NCBI GenBank assembly: GCA_002269645.1
Contig: NIVC01000100.1
Location: forward strand, 950,208-1,014,207
Direction: 5' to 3'
DNA length: 64,000 nt
Origin: Macrostomum lignano
Lineage: Eukaryota
Shown here: one piece after another, positions 60,003-64,000 of the stretch
Layout: each line of letters opens with the position of its first letter
Numbering within the stretch: position 1 is the first letter of the stretch
The notes under the pieces: generated by a model
Told to the model about the DNA's origin: nothing
What the model saw: only the letters and a program-made list of their open reading frames with translations
Databases searched by the model: none
Program-made: the position numbers and the translations under genes

Positions 60003-60522
60003 TTCGATCGTCAACTTCTTCACCAAATCTGCTTCTGCCAACTTTACTGCTCGTGTGCCACGGACACTGCTCGCTTCTTAAGTTGATGCAGAACTTTGGC
60101 TTAAGCCAACTGTAGTGCAGCAACGAATTTCTCACTGCACAGCCAGTATCTGAATCTTCAGTCGAGGGTGCTCCCAAATCTTCTAGGTTATAAACCTGTC
60201 TTCCAAGCAGCTCAGTCAGAAAAATCGACTTCCTTTCCCCATTTGACCAGATCGGACCACTGGCAATGCTCAGAATGTCTTCCGCCAGTTCCATGTACGG
60301 ACGGGTTCCATCATTCCACTTAAACTGGTGCAGACTCTTAGATAGCTGTCTGTAGTAAACTCGCATGTCAGGTGAGACTCTCTCCCATGGATACGGAGGT
60401 GCGTACACATGGTGAGCAATGTGGTAGCTCCCCGCTCTGATTTGAACAACTGCCAACTCCTTCACAACAAATTTTTTGCTTGTGCTGTTGCACGGGAATC
60501 CTTGGAAGTCAATGTAGTTCAT
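59671..60522 (-). CDS. Conserved Polinton ORF, DnaQ/DEDD-exonuclease-like N-terminal domain (IDFQGF..KFVVKELAV..PPYPW..HQFKWNDG..Y)
   Basis: Motif pattern recalled from Maverick/Polinton ORFs; the last 110 or so codons overlap the TBP ORF in another frame. Confidence 0.6.
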   Translation of the reverse strand: MNYIDFQGFPCNSTSKKFVVKELAVVQIRAGSYHIAHHVYAPPYPWERVSPDMRVYYRQLSKSLHQFKWNDGTRPYMELAEDILSIASGPIWSNGERKSIFLTELLGRQVYNLEDLGAPSTEDSDTGCAVRNSLLHYSWLKPKFCINLRSEQCPWHTSSKVGRSRFGEEVDDRNEPTSYSPKSDQSGWRSRSETGWWQGRSAASTGTGSQHGSCDLPARLAPGAHQADADSQSDSPTLPYWATEHLRCQDPRRRQKGCPSLRGYAASESAGSTAASSNNLCSN

Positions 60523-60551
60523 GATGCAGCTTTCCTTCGAAAATTTCGGAG

Positions 60552-61244
60552 TCAGTCCACCTTCTTATATACTTTTCTGGCAGGCAATTTCAGCCAGGCT
60601 GTGTTGCTCCCGTACCCCTTGACTAGACTCTCCTGTTCTTTCTCCAGTTCACCCCCTCTGCTGGTTGCCATTTTCTTCTTAACTGATTTACCAACAGCGG
60701 AAAGCGGAACATTAAGCTTTTTCTGCTGCAGAAAATCGATGAACTCGTTCCACCCAACTGGTTCACGCTCACATGGCGAATCCCTCACTGTGTGCTGAAT
60801 CAAGTCCAGTATGTTTGAGGAAGGGATTGACGTGCCTGCGATTTCCACCTCCCCGTTTTCACAAACTCGAATCAGCTCTGGATTGGTGGACAGGATCGTC
60901 CACAGACTGCGAGCCCTGGTTTTGAATTTCTGTGGCACCGACTTGCTGATCTTCTCTTCCCAGGTGCTTATCTGGGGTGTCTCTGTTTTCATCAACTTGG
61001 CTTCAGTATTGCGTGCTCCTTCTTTTCCAGCGTGCTTGCGCTTGGCCAGCAAACTTTGCATTGCACTTTGGTACATGGCGGTTTTCACATCTTCTGGACA
61101 ATCCTCGGCATACAAGATGTCATCGCATTTCTTCTGAGCCTGCTTCAAGTCAGCTTCAGTGGTAGTCTCATTTGGCTTCAAATTCTGCATCAACATCTCA
61201 TACTCTGCTTTAGGAATCAGAACCATTTCTGAAAATTTGTTCAT
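60552..61244 (-). CDS. Conserved hypothetical Polinton protein (230 aa)
   Basis: SVPQKFKTRARSL..L..ENGEVEIAGTSIPSSNILDLI..PVGWNEF..L...NVP pattern typical of a recurrent Maverick ORF (from memory); intact. Confidence 0.7.
   Translation of the reverse strand: MNKFSEMVLIPKAEYEMLMQNLKPNETTTEADLKQAQKKCDDILYAEDCPEDVKTAMYQSAMQSLLAKRKHAGKEGARNTEAKLMKTETPQISTWEEKISKSVPQKFKTRARSLWTILSTNPELIRVCENGEVEIAGTSIPSSNILDLIQHTVRDSPCEREPVGWNEFIDFLQQKKLNVPLSAVGKSVKKKMATSRGGELEKEQESLVKGYGSNTAWLKLPARKVYKKVD
60564..60571 (-). promoter_or_regulatory. Candidate TATA box (TATATAAG) about 45 nt upstream of the exonuclease-like/TBP ORF pair
   Basis: Plus-strand CTTATATA at 60564-60571; ATG at 60522. Confidence 0.35.
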
Positions 61245-61548
61245 TTTGCTTCTTCTTCTTTACCAGCTTAAGCAGAATCGGGAGTATTTTGATGAAGCCA
61301 GCCTTCAACAAGTCTGTCTTTCTTCTTTTGTGAGTAATTTTTCGAATTATCTCTTTTGACTTTGCAAGAACAGCTTTTTCATCGAGCGAAAACGATAGAT
61401 TGTTTTGTAAGAGATTATGGCAGGCCTCGACAAGAAAATAACGCACTTCTTTTGGACAATTTTTTATCAACAGCCGCTTGAAGCGCACGGTATATTTAGG
61501 TGACGCAAGAACCGCAAAAAGACTTGCATATGAATCAAGCACTTCCAT
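61210..61548 (-). CDS. Small basic conserved Polinton protein (possible core/DNA-condensing protein)
   Basis: LVEACHNLLQNNLSFS..K..L..IIRKI..KRRK..L..AGFIKILPILL; ATG at 61548; overlaps the next ORF by 35 nt. Confidence 0.65.
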   Translation of the reverse strand: MEVLDSYASLFAVLASPKYTVRFKRLLIKNCPKEVRYFLVEACHNLLQNNLSFSLDEKAVLAKSKEIIRKITHKRRKTDLLKAGFIKILPILLKLVKKKKQNEQIFRNGSDS

Positions 61549-61589
61549 TGCGATGAAAACAATAGCTGATAAAAACAAGCTTCACTTTC

Positions 61590-62235
61590 TTAAGCAAATA
61601 CAAGATGGGGTCGCTGGTTGGGCAGAATTCTGGCCCGCACTCGCAGCTCATCGGGAGTTGATGGTGAAAGTCTAGGAACAGGTAGGCTCCCCTGCCCTGC
61701 GCGGTCACGTGCTTGAACACTGACAGCAGAAAGCCGGGCTTCTCTGTAAAGCACTGCCTGCCCAGTGCTGCAATCTGCAGCTGGTCTCGGGGTTTTTCAA
61801 GATAGCTAAGTACATTACATTCAAGCTCATTGTTCGCGACTCTTTTCCCTTGAAAAATATATTCTGAGTCAGCATCACCAAAAAGCACGGCAAGTGATGT
61901 GCGATTCCTGTGAAAAAATTTCGCATTGAAGCAGAGTTTGAAGTTTCCTCTATTAAGTCATCGAAAACAACCAGGTCATTGGGCCTAAGTGCTGCCTCGA
62001 TGTTGGTGGGAAATCCCTGGCGCAGCTGCACACCTAGGCTGTTCAGTTCTGCATGGCCTGCCTGTGAGATCCCATAGTACCACAGAACTCTGCCAGGCTT
62101 CACATCAAACATGACGTCTCTGTACTGGATCAGGTGTTCGACAAAGGTTGTTTTTCCTGCATTGGTGGGCCCGCAGACAATCATGCAGCTTCCCTGCCTG
62201 AGGCGGATATCGTAGCAAACTTGCTTTTCTCCCAT
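61590..62235 (-). pseudogene. A32/FtsK-like DNA packaging ATPase with two 1-nt deletions
   Basis: Walker A GPTNAGKT, Walker B LVVFDD, LTQNIF. KNP|RDQLQI needs +1 C at 61789-61792; HQ|TPDELRVRARILP needs +1 at about 61658. Confidence 0.88.
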
Positions 62236-62344
62236 GTTTAATGCATAAATATTAGAAATCACGGACATCTTTTTCTTAAGTTGGCTTCAAACCTCTGTAA
62301 GATTCTATCATTCAAATGATTTTTCTCATTAGCATGCAAATGCT

Positions 62345-62769
62345 TCAAAATCCCTCAAATGACCGATTGAACAGAAACTTTTGATAAGCAAAATAGATGC
62401 AAAACATTCCGCATTTATTAGAGTTAGCACATTGAACTCTGTTTATATTGCTTCGGAGCCAAAAGCCAGTTGTTTTAATCTCTCGAAACAAATTATAAAC
62501 CAAAGATAAAATTTCAGGTTCCCAGCCGAGGGAGTTGAACAACTCAATGCGATTTCCTTGCCCAACATAGCACACCACCCAGTGACCAAATGAGCCATTG
62601 TGCTGAAGTAGGACAAAAACAAACTTGTTTTCAAAGGAAATTGATGATCTAAATTTTCTTTTACATTCAAGGGCAGAGAATTTTTATAGCGCAAATGTAA
62701 AGTAACTATGAGAAATTTTTGGTAAGGCAAAAATTTTCTGGCGAGATTAAGTAGTTGAATTGCATCCAT
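62345..62769 (-). pseudogene. Adenain-like cysteine protease, frameshifted
   Basis: GHWVV (His), FNSLG, Q..NSNKCGMFC (Gln/Cys). The N-terminal part (MDAIQLL..) is in a different frame, with the shift at about 62640-62680. Confidence 0.82.
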
Positions 62770-62774
62770 GTCAA

Positions 62775-64000
62775 TTAAGAGGAATAGTCCAGCAAAAGCT
62801 CTCGGTGCTTGGTGACCTCAATCAGCGAGTCATACAGGCACATAGCAATCAGGGACACCGCTTCATTCAGAGCCTGTTGGAAGCGAATCTCCAGCCGCAG
62901 GTTGCCCTCCTTCTGTCCGTACCACAGAGCCGCTCCTCGGGTGTGAGATCGAATGCAAACACCGTGGTGTTGTTGGAGAAGAGCTGGTAGGGGATCCACG
63001 GACCGAGTTTGTGTGGCTTGCAGATTGACAGCTTTTCAGGTAGTGCAAGTATTCTCTTACGAAAGGAATTGTTTTCAGGTGTGAAGGCGCCGTGGCACAC
63101 GGTTTCCCCACCTTTCTTTAGAGCCAATCGGCTAAGGTTGAAGCTCTGGAACTGTAACGGGCTCGCGTGATGATGACCGTTGAATGCTCGGTGGCTCACG
63201 AAGGCCAGCATGATGAACTTCGGCAATTTTCCATGAGTGAATCCTTCAATGTTTTTTGACTGAATACCTGGGGTAGGATGAAGTTCTGCATTTCAGTTTC
63301 GCTCGATGGGATACAGTGCATTTTGGTTTGTCAGCCCCTGCTCATGGGCCAGGCTGATGTGGGGCATCACTTTGACTCGGCGAAGATGCAGAATGCTGTG
63401 AGAGATTTCCATTCGGTATGCCGCGTTGTTTGCATTCGGGGTTCTGATGGCAAAGGCCCCATCGCTGGGGACCAGTTTGATGTGCAGGTGCAGATTGCTT
63501 AGCAGAAACACTGGGCACTGGAAAACATCGCTGAAGAGCGGCCCCGCATACTCCATCCATTGGGATTCCCTGTGGCTCTCCGTGTGCTCTTCAGCTGCCG
63601 AGTTCGGCTCCAGGAAGCCAGCAGGGTAAAGTTTTAGTTGCTGGGCATCGGATGAGCTCATTAGTGCTTTGAAGTACGCATGGTAGGGATAGAGCTGGTC
63701 TCCACCAGACACCACTCGCTGGTTAATGCTCACAATTACATCTGAGAAGGCTGTAGACAGAACAAAATTTTCTGGGTGCACGTCACTGTCTCTGCGCTCG
63801 GTGATGATGCCATCTCCATCTCGAACATCCTCCCTCAGCAAACCCCATCCAGTCTCACAAGGCGGCAGCGAATATAAAGAAAAGAATTAAGCAGATCTGT
63901 ATATTCATCGGCAGATTGGTGCAGTCAAATTCAATGGGAGAGTTTGCAACAATGGAATTATACTGGGTGAATATCAACATAAGTAGCTTTTTCAATGCAG
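62775..64000 (-). pseudogene. Polinton major capsid protein (double jelly-roll), multiply frameshifted, 5' end beyond the window
   Basis: Segments YVDIHP/SPIEF/YTDL, LYPYHAYF, GPLFSDVFQ, LHLRRVKV, GKLPKFIMLAFVSHRAFNG, FAFDLTP and GNLRLEIRF..YDSLIEV..RELLLDY lie in alternating frames. Confidence 0.9.

Larger units (their letters stand above)
51500..64000. mobile_element. Polinton/Maverick (adintovirus-like) element, left part; continues beyond the window
   Basis: Clustered protein-primed PolB, A32-like ATPase, adenain protease and major capsid protein with tight gene packing. Candidate terminus AGTAGTAG at 51500. Integrase, minor capsid and the other TIR are not in the window. Confidence 0.93.

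Overview
Eukaryotic (metazoan) genomic DNA with GT-AG introns and extreme minisatellite density. The style resembles a free-living flatworm such as Macrostomum; this is an inference, not a determination. The left 51 kb holds host genes: a tandemly duplicated, divergent HINT hydrolase (first copy 3'-truncated), an intronless TMEM186/TMEM70-like mitochondrial membrane protein, a 4-exon FPGS, a 6-exon melatonin-receptor-like (NRY) GPCR and a 4-exon Dbx homeobox gene. These are interleaved with more than 30 tandem arrays, several MITEs (one hAT with an 8-bp TSD) and three RNase H-type LINE pieces (one with a 12-bp TSD). From about 51500 to the window end lies one arm of a Polinton/Maverick (adintovirus-like) element: AGTAGT terminus, protein-primed PolB, exonuclease-like ORF, two conserved Polinton ORFs, packaging ATPase, adenain protease and major capsid protein. 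The strongest leads are: (1) the element carries its own TATA-binding-protein homolog; (2) its PolB appears to be split by a 232-bp spliceosomal intron that joins a repeat-coded N-terminal exon in frame; (3) its virion genes carry many frameshifts while PolB and TBP are open; (4) HINT and FPGS have ATG-less, in-frame leader regions starting right after phase-0 AG acceptors, as expected if a flatworm spliced-leader AUG supplies the start codon. All exon models and alignments were made by eye, and no database searches were run.
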